Translations under genes and position numbers: made by a program
Shown: positions 7,350-15,079 of the stretch, piece after piece
Layout: every line of letters starts with the position of its first letter
Position numbering within the stretch: position 1 is the first letter of the stretch
The notes under the pieces: generated by a model
Databases searched by the model: none
The model's input: the letters and a program-made list of their open reading frames with translations, nothing else
Told to the model about the DNA's origin: nothing
IMG/VR virus record: IMGVR_UViG_3300042559_001930
DNA length: 20,649 bases
Origin: an uncultured virus (IMG/VR IMGVR_UViG_3300042559_001930)
Taxonomy: Duplodnaviria; Heunggongvirae; Uroviricota; Caudoviricetes
Strand: one strand, 5' to 3'

Positions 7350-7675
7350 CTGACAAACCTTCTAAGAAATGGATTCGTGATTACGACTATGCAATGTTTG
7401 AAGTGGAATACGATCAAACATTAAATGAGTATATAGATTACATAAAAGAATTAATCAATGAAGGATGGGAAGGTATTGAAATGGTGCCCCGGGGATATGA
7501 CAATTGTTATTATCCATTCCTTTATAAAACACGTATGGAAACAGATGTTGAATTCCAAGCTCGTTTAGAACTTGCAGAAAAAGAACAGAAAAAGAAAATT
7601 AAAGCTGCGGAAAGGAAACGTAGACAGTACGAAAAACTTAAAAAGGAATTTGAACCCAATGGAATACCCAATTAA
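7346..7675 (+). CDS. Hypothetical protein (109 aa, charged C-terminal helix)
   Basis: ATGA overlap with thyX; AT-rich. Confidence 0.7.
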   Translation: MTDKPSKKWIRDYDYAMFEVEYDQTLNEYIDYIKELINEGWEGIEMVPRGYDNCYYPFLYKTRMETDVEFQARLELAEKEQKKKIKAAERKRRQYEKLKKEFEPNGIPN

Positions 7676-7883
7676 AGAGCTTGCCATTCAACACTGGGAA
7701 GCTCTTGTACTAGGTGGATTGGATGGACGTGAGTACACAGACTCAATGCTCTACATCCGCAATGCCTTGAACTTTGTGCCAGATGATTTGATGTCTGGTG
7801 TGGTTAAGGTGGTGGATGGTGAGCACTCTCTCGTACTGACCTGCCCGCCGTCCACCGGCGACGGAATGCCTAGTGACTCCTGA
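7659..7883 (+). CDS. Hypothetical protein (74 aa)
   Basis: ORF 7572-7883; the ATG at 7659 (MEYPIKEL) minimises overlap with the previous gene. Confidence 0.55.
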   Translation: MEYPIKELAIQHWEALVLGGLDGREYTDSMLYIRNALNFVPDDLMSGVVKVVDGEHSLVLTCPPSTGDGMPSDS

Positions 7884-7905
7884 AAAACTACGAACAGATC
7901 GTAGC

Positions 7906-7951
7906 ACCAAATCCCCTGCGCTGCAGGGGACCTGGTCAAATATATTTTTTT
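7906..7951 (+). terminator. Possible intrinsic terminator
   Basis: TCCCCTGC-gct-GCAGGGGA core, extended by ACCA/TGGT; T-run at 7945-7951, somewhat distant from the stem. Confidence 0.5.
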
Positions 7952-7986
7952 ATGGCTACAATGACAATGAATTAACTTTCACGTAA

Positions 7987-9126
7987 ATGCATCCCGAAGA
8001 AGCCAGGAAACTTTTCTTTAAAGAAGTTGACAATTGTTATTGGAATCCAAAGCTAAGTATCAAAGTTGCTCCTAACGGAGATCGTACTATTGTTACGTCA
8101 GCTGCATTGCAAAAAGATGAACCACTTGTTGTTTTAAATAAAAACGCGTCTTTTAGTGCAGCCAAATGCATTGAGCATTCCAAGGAAAACATTTCTACTA
8201 TTCCTAAATCAATAATTATTCCTGCATATCTTTATCAGGTTTATACAAAGCATGGCGCTAATGTGCCAGATGGTTATTCGTATTATTTTGATTCGTTGCC
8301 AACATATGAATGGTACGCACAAAACCATGAGCTGCTTAAAGTTTATTTACAATTAACTGAATCACGAAAAGAAGAATTAAAAGAATCTTGTTTTTTGTTT
8401 GATCAAATTAATTCTCTTAGCGAGTGGGCAAAGCAACTGCCTGAACATCAACTAGACAAAGAGCAAGCTATTCGCAGTGTTCTTATAACCATGACTAGGT
8501 GCTGGCCTTCTTCTATTGGGTTGGTACCATGGCTTGACTTTTCTAATCATCATTACGATGGAAGTGTTTTAAAGAACGAAGGAACTACGATTACAGCTTC
8601 TCATGAATACGAAGAAAATGAAGAGGTCAATGTAAGTTATGGCTTGAAAGATAGTCTTCAGCTATTAAATATCTATGGTTATGAAACAAAAGAGAAAACG
8701 GTTGGGATTAAATTTCCTTCAATTTCTACTTTTGCTTTAGCTTCTGATCCATCGCTTAAAGCTTATGCTCACGCTTCGGCCTCTGCCACATGTTTACTTG
8801 GAAAGAACTTAAGGAATTTTGATTTCTTTATTTCACACATGAGGCTTTGTGTGTTTAATAAATTTGATGCTCTTGCGGTTTCCGATTTAGGAACAGAATA
8901 TAAAACTTTTTTAAATGAGCGTAATGAGCTAGAAGCTTTAAAACTTTCTTTGAGTATTATTCAATCTACGCGTAAAGATATTGAAGAACTAAAAACTAAA
9001 ACCAAAGAATTTATGCAAACATTTCCTGAATCTTTTGAAAATGATTTCAAAGGTAAAGAGGAAGTTCTTGACAATGTAATTAAAAAGATTTATAAACATT
9101 GGCTTGATTTACTGAAAGAAAGCTAA
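7987..9126 (+). CDS. SET-domain protein lysine methyltransferase, Rubisco-LSMT/SETD3-like
   Basis: N-SET (GDRTIVTSAALQKDEPLVVL), YFDSLP, TR.W, LVPWLDFSNHH (the P..D..NH SAM-binding motif), EEVNVSYGLKDSLQLLNIYGY (E.....YG...LL..YG), then a helical C-terminal domain (MRLC...NELEALKL). Confidence 0.8.
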   Translation: MHPEEARKLFFKEVDNCYWNPKLSIKVAPNGDRTIVTSAALQKDEPLVVLNKNASFSAAKCIEHSKENISTIPKSIIIPAYLYQVYTKHGANVPDGYSYYFDSLPTYEWYAQNHELLKVYLQLTESRKEELKESCFLFDQINSLSEWAKQLPEHQLDKEQAIRSVLITMTRCWPSSIGLVPWLDFSNHHYDGSVLKNEGTTITASHEYEENEEVNVSYGLKDSLQLLNIYGYETKEKTVGIKFPSISTFALASDPSLKAYAHASASATCLLGKNLRNFDFFISHMRLCVFNKFDALAVSDLGTEYKTFLNERNELEALKLSLSIIQSTRKDIEELKTKTKEFMQTFPESFENDFKGKEEVLDNVIKKIYKHWLDLLKES

Positions 9127-9131
9127 GCATC

Positions 9132-9160
9132 ACGTCCTAAGCAAGACGTTAAACTGCTTG
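9132..9160 (+). ncRNA. Putative cis-regulatory pseudoknot element, copy C (CGTC subtype)
   Basis: ACGTC-C-TAAGCA-A-GACGT-TAAAC-TGCTTG; followed by a CCC-GCAA-GGG hairpin. Confidence 0.7.
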
Positions 9161-9199
9161 CCCCGCAAGGGATCTGGTAATATTCCTGTACGGGAATAT

Positions 9200-9227
9200 G
9201 GACCTGAGATGTCCCTAAACTCATTCA
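9200..9227 (+). ncRNA. Putative cis-regulatory pseudoknot element, copy D (GGAC subtype)
   Basis: GGAC-C-TGAGA-T-GTCC-CTAAAC-TC(AT)TCA; TGA/TCA here covaries with TGG/CCA in copy A. Confidence 0.6.
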
Positions 9228-9259
9228 TTAGTCCCGCTTATCAATCACATTCAACACCA

Positions 9260-10027
9260 ATGCAACTCCTCAAATTTTCCAACGGCAACGGCAAGCTCAA
9301 GAACCGTCTGATCTTTTCGCTGCCTGCTGGCCATTCATGTCCACACGCTGGAGTCTGCAAGACATTTGCTGACCGTGTCACCGGACTCATCACTGACCTG
9401 CCCCAGTACACGGGCACAGAAGCAGATGAGTTCCGTTGCTTTGCTGCCATAGCAGAGGTGCGGCCCAACGTTCGTGCGGCACGCTGGCACAACTGGGATC
9501 TCATCCGTGAGGTCATCCATTCCAATGGCAACCAAGCCGTGCTGCTTCGTGACTTGATCGACTTGTCGCTCACCATGCAAGCACCTAAGGATCTGGTGCG
9601 TGTCCATGAGTCTGGTGACTTCTGGACTGAGAACTACATGCGGGCTTGGCTGATGGCTGCTGCCCAGCGACCTAAGCAAACGTTCTATGCCTACACCAAG
9701 TCTCTTGGTATGTGGTACAACCTGCATGACCAGATCCCATCCAACTTCTATCTCACTGCATCTTGCGGTGGGACACTCGACTACTTGATCCCCAAGTACA
9801 GCGATGTGTTCCAGCGGGTTGCTTACGTTGTGTACACAGAAAAGCAAGCGGCAGAGCTGGGTCTTGAGATTGATCACGACGATAGCCACTGCCTTGGTGA
9901 CAAACCGTTTGCACTACTGGTACACGGGAGCCAGCGTGCTGGATCTGAAGCCATGCAAGCTGTCACACAACGCAAGAAAGATGGTGGCTTCGTTGGCTAT
10001 GGTAAAACATTCCAAAAAGAATCTTAA
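9260..10027 (+). CDS. Gene product 88 (GP88)-like phage protein
   Basis: N.KL...FSLPAGHSCP...C...C.A, RVHESGDF and FYAYTK motifs; start moved from 9158 to ATG 9260 because the upstream part is the structured leader. Confidence 0.75.
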   Translation: MQLLKFSNGNGKLKNRLIFSLPAGHSCPHAGVCKTFADRVTGLITDLPQYTGTEADEFRCFAAIAEVRPNVRAARWHNWDLIREVIHSNGNQAVLLRDLIDLSLTMQAPKDLVRVHESGDFWTENYMRAWLMAAAQRPKQTFYAYTKSLGMWYNLHDQIPSNFYLTASCGGTLDYLIPKYSDVFQRVAYVVYTEKQAAELGLEIDHDDSHCLGDKPFALLVHGSQRAGSEAMQAVTQRKKDGGFVGYGKTFQKES

Positions 10028-10032
10028 GATAC

Positions 10033-10060
10033 TTGCATAACTAAATAAATCGGTTAACAT
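10033..10060 (+). promoter_or_regulatory. Possible sigma70-type promoter for the DNA polymerase operon
   Basis: TTGCAT-16 nt-TAACAT in an AT-rich intergenic region; overlaps the hairpin CGGTTA/TGACCG. Confidence 0.35.
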
Positions 10061-10083
10061 CTGACCGTTCTTGTTTTGTTCAG

Positions 10084-10317
10084 ATGAGCTACGTCGTTGC
10101 TACATGGAAGGATGGGATTCCTCACGCCATAACTGCGTGTAACCAATCCAATTCATTTCAATTAATTCCGTTAGACTCTGACGTAGCTCTTAACAAGATC
10201 TTCTCTCATCCGTATCGTGCGGGTGCACAGCAAGTCTTGACGTGGATTAACAAGAATGACCAAGACCTTTCTCGCGAAGAACTCTCAATTCAAGATGAAG
10301 CCCGATTCCGTAAATGA
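10084..10317 (+). CDS. Hypothetical protein (77 aa)
   Basis: ATG ORF upstream of, and overlapping, the polymerase start. Confidence 0.65.
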   Translation: MSYVVATWKDGIPHAITACNQSNSFQLIPLDSDVALNKIFSHPYRAGAQQVLTWINKNDQDLSREELSIQDEARFRK

Positions 10318-12121
10318 ACGTTGGCTGATCTTTGACATTGAGACTGACAATCTTTATGACAAGGTCACGCTGACCCATTGCATTGTCATTCATGACATCA
10401 CAAGCCAACAAACTTTTACTTATGGGCCTGATCGTATTGCTGCTGCTCTTGATCATCTGGCAACCGCTGATGTACTCATTGGCCACAACGTAATTTTTTA
10501 TGACCTACCCGTATTGGTAAAGTTGTATCCCGAATTCAAACACAACGCACGTGTCATAGACACGCTCATCTGCACACGACTCATCTGGCCCAAGGAACTT
10601 CTCTATGACCTTGACATCGAACAATATCCGCAGGTTCCAAAGAACTTGCGGGGTTCAGCTTCGCTCAAAGCCTGGGGCTGGCGACTTGCTGACCACAAGA
10701 TTGACTTCAAAGATTTTAAAGAGTATTCCCAAGAGATGTTGGACTACTGTGTCCAGGACGTTCAAGTCACAAAGAAACTCTGGGAACATACTGTCAAGCA
10801 GAACTACCAACCAACTGCGCTCAAACTTGAGCATGACTTTGCCTTGGCGATTAACAAACAAATTAGAGCAGGTATTCCTTTCGATGTGGATGCTGCTATT
10901 GATTTGGTGGATGATCTCCGAGCAAAAGAAACAGAACTCGTTCAACATCTGAAAGAAATTTTTCCAGCCATCAAACATGAAACGGTCTTTATCCCGAAGG
11001 TCAACAACACTAAACGTGGGTATGTCAAGGGTGAGCCGTTTATTAAAGTCACGTACGAAGAATTTAATCCTGGATCTCGTTCGCAAATTGTTGAACGACT
11101 ACAACAAAAGTACAATTGGATTCCAGAGAAAACTACTGAGAAAGGTAATCCGACTCTTGATGACGATATACTCGGAGCGCTTCCGTACCCAGAAGCTAAA
11201 CCGTTAGCTGAATACATGCTGATCAAGAAACGTCTTGGTCAGATTGCGGATGGTAACAATGCTTGGCTCAAGCTTGTTAACAATGAAAACGGACGCATGC
11301 ACGGTGATGTGATCACCAATGGATGTATTACAGGCCGTTGTGCGCACCGATCTCCAAACATGGGTCAAGTACCAGCAGGTTATTCACCTTATGGAAAAGA
11401 ATGCCGTTCGTTATTTCATGCTCCTGATGGTTGGGATCTTATTGGGATCGATGCTAAAGCTTTGGAGCTTAGGTGCCTTGCCGGTTATCTAGCCATTTGG
11501 GATAACGGTGAGTATGCAGAACTTGTAACAGATCCAACCGGAGACATCCATACCTATAACCAACAACAGTTTGGTGTGGAGACCAGGGACATTAGTAAGC
11601 GTTTGTTGTATGGAATGCTGTATGGATGCGGATCTGTTAAGGCAGGTACAATCATTGACCCGAATGAAAAAGATGAATTTGTTCTGCGCAAACTAGGAAG
11701 TACTGCAATCAATTCATTTATGGATGGCGTGCCAGCCTTAAAGAAATTGAAACGTGAGATTGAAAATAACATTGCAACACGCAACTATTTATATGGATTG
11801 GATAAACGTACGTTGCATTGTCGTTCTGCATTTAAGGGATTGAATGTTTTATTACAATCAGCTGGTGCAATCATCATGAAGCAAGTTGTTGTAACCATTC
11901 ACAACAACATTGAACAAAACCTTGGCTTGGTGCACGGCAAGGATTGGGAACAAGTCTTGATGGTCCACGATGAGATTCAACTTGTTTGTAATCCCGCGTA
12001 CACAAAGCAGATCAGAGAGCAGGCTATGATTGCCTTCCCAGCTGCTGGAGACTTCTTTAATTTTCGTTGCAAGATTGAAGGTGACTCCCGGATTGGATAC
12101 AGTTGGGCAGATACTCACTGA
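10295..12121 (+). CDS. polA: Family A DNA polymerase with 3'-5' exonuclease (T7 gp5-like)
   Basis: ExoI FDIETD, ExoII GHN..YD.P, ExoIII YC.QDV, FNPGSR.Q, TGR, motif A DAKALELR, motif B RDISKRLLYGMLYG, motif C VHDEIQ; start is 10295 or 10256. Confidence 0.96.
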   Translation: MKPDSVNERWLIFDIETDNLYDKVTLTHCIVIHDITSQQTFTYGPDRIAAALDHLATADVLIGHNVIFYDLPVLVKLYPEFKHNARVIDTLICTRLIWPKELLYDLDIEQYPQVPKNLRGSASLKAWGWRLADHKIDFKDFKEYSQEMLDYCVQDVQVTKKLWEHTVKQNYQPTALKLEHDFALAINKQIRAGIPFDVDAAIDLVDDLRAKETELVQHLKEIFPAIKHETVFIPKVNNTKRGYVKGEPFIKVTYEEFNPGSRSQIVERLQQKYNWIPEKTTEKGNPTLDDDILGALPYPEAKPLAEYMLIKKRLGQIADGNNAWLKLVNNENGRMHGDVITNGCITGRCAHRSPNMGQVPAGYSPYGKECRSLFHAPDGWDLIGIDAKALELRCLAGYLAIWDNGEYAELVTDPTGDIHTYNQQQFGVETRDISKRLLYGMLYGCGSVKAGTIIDPNEKDEFVLRKLGSTAINSFMDGVPALKKLKREIENNIATRNYLYGLDKRTLHCRSAFKGLNVLLQSAGAIIMKQVVVTIHNNIEQNLGLVHGKDWEQVLMVHDEIQLVCNPAYTKQIREQAMIAFPAAGDFFNFRCKIEGDSRIGYSWADTH

Positions 12122-12135
12122 GTATTTGTTTAATC

Positions 12136-12162
12136 CGTCCCAGGTATGACGTTAAACTGCCT
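12136..12162 (+). ncRNA. Putative cis-regulatory pseudoknot element, copy E (CGTC subtype)
   Basis: CGTC-C-CAGGTA-T-GACG-TTAAAC-TGCCT; P2 is AGGTA/TGCCT. Confidence 0.7.
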
Positions 12163-12184
12163 TAACACCTAACTTCTCAAGGTA

Positions 12185-13000
12185 ATGAATCACGTCTGCG
12201 TTTGTGCTCAGCTGAATGAAACCCCACGCGAGGTTTACATCAGCGCATCCTCTACTGCCATGCGCTGTATGGTATTGCTTCCTCCCGTAGGAAACAAAGC
12301 ACCAACTCCAATTCAACTCAATGTCTATGGTAAAACTGCTGAGCGCTTTTCCAGGCTGAAAGAAAAATCTTTGGTGTTTATTTATGGCGCCAAGATTCGT
12401 TATGATCTTGAATCTAAATCTCATTCACTGCATGGTGGAATTATTCACCAGGTCAATGATGAGTTTCCAATCATCAATGATGTAATCCTTTCTGGCCGCT
12501 GCGTTAAAGACATTGACCGTGAGGATGCACGTGCATTCAAGACCACGGCAACTGGTCTGATGATCTGCAATCAAACCTTGTCGGTTAGCACTGGCCGCAA
12601 CCAAGCAGATCTCTTTAACTTCTATGCGATCAACTCGCATGAAGATAAGTTGAACAATGCGGAACTGTTGGTAAACTTCACGCGTAAAGGCGTGGGTCTT
12701 ACCATTAAGGGTCGGCTTGTTACTGATGCATGGACTGATCAGACCACAAATGAAAAGCGTATTCAAACCAAAATTCAATTGGTAAACATGACCCTTGCAC
12801 CCAAGGGAAATGCAAGCGATCAACCAAGAGAGATCAAAGCACAGACTACGGTAAGTGCACCGGAGAATGTGTCTACTCTTTGGGGTGGCCGCACGCTAGA
12901 AGAATCAACTGATCCTTGGAACCAAGCTTCTGGTGGTGGTCTGCCTGAACTTCCTGGGCAATATGGTTCTGCTCCTGACCTTGAAGAAATTCCTTTTTGA
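12185..13000 (+). CDS. ssb: Single-stranded DNA-binding protein with two tandem OB folds
   Basis: Two SSB-like repeats (MNHVCVCAQL...YGKTAE...V.I.G and INDVILSGR...AE...RKG....KGRL.TDAW.D), a low-complexity linker and the acidic tail DLEEIPF. Confidence 0.8.
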   Translation: MNHVCVCAQLNETPREVYISASSTAMRCMVLLPPVGNKAPTPIQLNVYGKTAERFSRLKEKSLVFIYGAKIRYDLESKSHSLHGGIIHQVNDEFPIINDVILSGRCVKDIDREDARAFKTTATGLMICNQTLSVSTGRNQADLFNFYAINSHEDKLNNAELLVNFTRKGVGLTIKGRLVTDAWTDQTTNEKRIQTKIQLVNMTLAPKGNASDQPREIKAQTTVSAPENVSTLWGGRTLEESTDPWNQASGGGLPELPGQYGSAPDLEEIPF

Positions 13001-13005
13001 TTACC

Positions 13006-13233
13006 ATGACAATTCAAATTGATTGCTTGGATCCTGAGCCTATGTGCTTGGAAGATGCAATGGCCTACGAGTTCTTCATGGACAACGTAAGCATTTGCTT
13101 TCAAGACAAAGAGCAAGATGGAGAAGATCTTGCAACTTCAATAGCAGTACTTGCCAAGTCTGCTTATTTGATTGCAGAGATTTTTACTGAAGCCCGTAAC
13201 CAACACATTGAAAAAACTAATGGCACAGTCTGA
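13006..13233 (+). CDS. Hypothetical protein
   Basis: ORF 12997-13233; first ATG at 13006. Confidence 0.65.
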   Translation: MTIQIDCLDPEPMCLEDAMAYEFFMDNVSICFQDKEQDGEDLATSIAVLAKSAYLIAEIFTEARNQHIEKTNGTV

Positions 13234-13459
13234 TCAACGGATGAAGTTTACTTTGGAAGAAGAAGAGTACACCATCGTATTCCAAAGCGATGGTGTTACC
13301 ACCGATGAGATTCTTGAGCACTTCATTATGTTTATGAAGGGCTGTGGGTACCATGAAGACAGTATTTATTCATCGCTTCAGGAAACCATTGATGAGCGTG
13401 AAGCTTTGTCAAAGGCTCGTGCTCTTTATGACATGGATGCCTGCAAGGACCTAGTATGA
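13220..13459 (+). CDS. Hypothetical phage protein (EILEHF..FMKGCGY type)
   Basis: ATG 13220 overlaps the previous gene; the motif is common in small phage proteins. Confidence 0.7.
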   Translation: MAQSDQRMKFTLEEEEYTIVFQSDGVTTDEILEHFIMFMKGCGYHEDSIYSSLQETIDEREALSKARALYDMDACKDLV

Positions 13460-13464
13460 GGACC

Positions 13465-13491
13465 CGCCTCGGGATGGCGTTAAAAGCGTCC
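13465..13491 (+). ncRNA. Degenerate copy F of the pseudoknot element
   Basis: CGCC-TCGGGAT-GGCG-TTAAAA-GCGTCC. P1 covaries (CGCC/GGCG); P2 is only GGA/TCC. Same position relative to the stop and ATG as the other copies. Confidence 0.4.
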
Positions 13492-13513
13492 ACGCCCAAC
13501 CCCTGAACACACC

Positions 13514-14530
13514 ATGACTGTTTCCATGACTACCAAGAAAACTTCTGCGCTTGCAACACGTGGCCTCGATTCTTTCAAACTTTTTCAATCTAAAGAGTTT
13601 GTCTCAGGATACCAAAACCTCGTTACGATTCAGCCCCTCAACAAATCCAAGACACGAGGTTGGTTCGTGCGGAACTCAGACCTTGACACTTGCGGATGGA
13701 GTGCCACTGAAAATCAATTTGCTAAGGGTTCAGTTATCTGGAACTACAAACAAACTTTTGGTATGGCTCCCAACACTTCAATTGAAGAGGGACTCAATTT
13801 TGTTGAGCCTCGCATTCAAATCCTTCTACGTTCTCCCCTCATGGTTGAGGAAACCACAGGGATGAGGCAGACGATTGGTACCTTTGACGACCCAGCTGTC
13901 AAAGAATTGTTTGAAGCTGACAAGATTGCATCTGATCTTGCCAACAGCAAAGGTGAGATGTACAAGCGTAAGTACAGTGTACGTACAAAGTACCTGGTGT
14001 ACATCCTTACGGAAGACAATAAGCGTGCTCACAAGATCCCTATGGTGTTGACACTGAAGGGATTGAATGGTACCGATGTCAGCGACAAGGTTAAGCTGTA
14101 CGAAAAAGAAATGTCCAAGTGCTTGAGCAAGGCACTGGATGCTGAAGTACCCCTGAGCTTCAATGAAAAGTTCTACGCAACTACCGTATTTGCTCCAGTA
14201 CTTGCCAATGAGATGCGCGGAGCCAACAACGTTGAGATCTGCGCAATTGAATCTTTTGACATCCCTGGTTACAGCAACCAAGAGGAAGCAGTCGAATCAT
14301 TGAATCGCATGTCGATTCCTGATGAAGACCGCGAATCTACTTGGAAGTTCCAGGAACTCTTCAGTGACTATATAAATCAACATGCACGTCAGGATGCTGA
14401 CAAGCTTGGTGGTGCTTATGGAATCAAGCCGGGTGTTGAGATCCTTCCTGTGTCTCGCACCATGGATGCTGTGGAGGTTAAAGCACTACCTTCTCGTGAT
14501 GCACTTACGGGTGAGGACACGTCACTCTGA
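13514..14530 (+). CDS. DUF5895-like protein (cyanobacterial/cyanophage family of unknown function)
   Basis: GWFV...L...GW, PRIQILLRSPL and KYLVYIL..DN...H.IP..LT.KG resemble my recollection of DUF5895; the CDS is certain, the family is tentative. Confidence 0.6.
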   Translation: MTVSMTTKKTSALATRGLDSFKLFQSKEFVSGYQNLVTIQPLNKSKTRGWFVRNSDLDTCGWSATENQFAKGSVIWNYKQTFGMAPNTSIEEGLNFVEPRIQILLRSPLMVEETTGMRQTIGTFDDPAVKELFEADKIASDLANSKGEMYKRKYSVRTKYLVYILTEDNKRAHKIPMVLTLKGLNGTDVSDKVKLYEKEMSKCLSKALDAEVPLSFNEKFYATTVFAPVLANEMRGANNVEICAIESFDIPGYSNQEEAVESLNRMSIPDEDRESTWKFQELFSDYINQHARQDADKLGGAYGIKPGVEILPVSRTMDAVEVKALPSRDALTGEDTSL

Positions 14531-14782
14531 TTTGACTTGAGGATTAGACAAGTCTTCTTCATTAACAGCAACGTTGTTAAAGATGAACATGTCTTGTACT
14601 AATCCCCTAATCACACCTTGACGTTGAGTGGCGATCTGCGCAAGCAAGGTCGCCATTTCTTTTAAGGTACTTACTGAATTGCAATCTTCAATTGATCGTT
14701 TGATTTTTTCTAGCCAAAACTTATCATCAAGCGTTGGTTCAATTTGAAATTTAGTTAATGGTACGTATTTGATTTCTTCCAT
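14522..14782 (-). CDS. Hypothetical protein (86 aa); the only complete minus-strand gene
   Basis: Fills the 14531-14861 gap; helical, protein-like sequence; 9-nt convergent overlap with the previous gene. Confidence 0.75.
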   Translation of the reverse strand: MEEIKYVPLTKFQIEPTLDDKFWLEKIKRSIEDCNSVSTLKEMATLLAQIATQRQGVIRGLVQDMFIFNNVAVNEEDLSNPQVKSE

Positions 14783-14861
14783 GGTTTATTCAGTTGGCAC
14801 CCATAGGTTACATCTATAGTAAACCCTAGATCAAAACTTCAAAATGTATTAACAATCACAA

Positions 14862-15065
14862 ATGAAACCTGAAGAAAAAGCTGCAATCAAGGACGGTGCC
14901 GCAACTGCTGCCATAGCAGGAGTGGTTGCCTTGGCCATTGGTAGTCCTGTATGCTGGGCTGGCGTTCTTTACGGAACGTATCGGATGGCACGCTTGGCCT
15001 ACAAGCGGACCAAGTATCGTGATACACTTCACGACAGGGACCAGGACGCTGATCTCTTCATCTAA
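14862..15065 (+). CDS. Small putative membrane protein
   Basis: Hydrophobic stretch AATAAIAGVVALAIGSPVCWAGVLYG followed by basic residues. Confidence 0.7.
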   Translation: MKPEEKAAIKDGAATAAIAGVVALAIGSPVCWAGVLYGTYRMARLAYKRTKYRDTLHDRDQDADLFI

Positions 15066-15079
15066 CTCAACTCAGACTC

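Noticed and set aside
9158..9259. 34-aa N-terminal extension of the GP88-like ORF
   Set aside because: TTG start inside pseudoknot C; the region is a structured leader, and ATG 9260 has the typical A/C-rich context
9241..9889. Minus-strand ORFs 9241-9576 and 9335-9889
   Set aside because: Antisense shadows of the GP88-like gene with no recognisable motifs
10605..12118. Alternative-frame and antisense ORFs inside the DNA polymerase; possible intein or intron
   Set aside because: The polymerase frame is continuous with all motifs at normal spacing; the other ORFs are shadows
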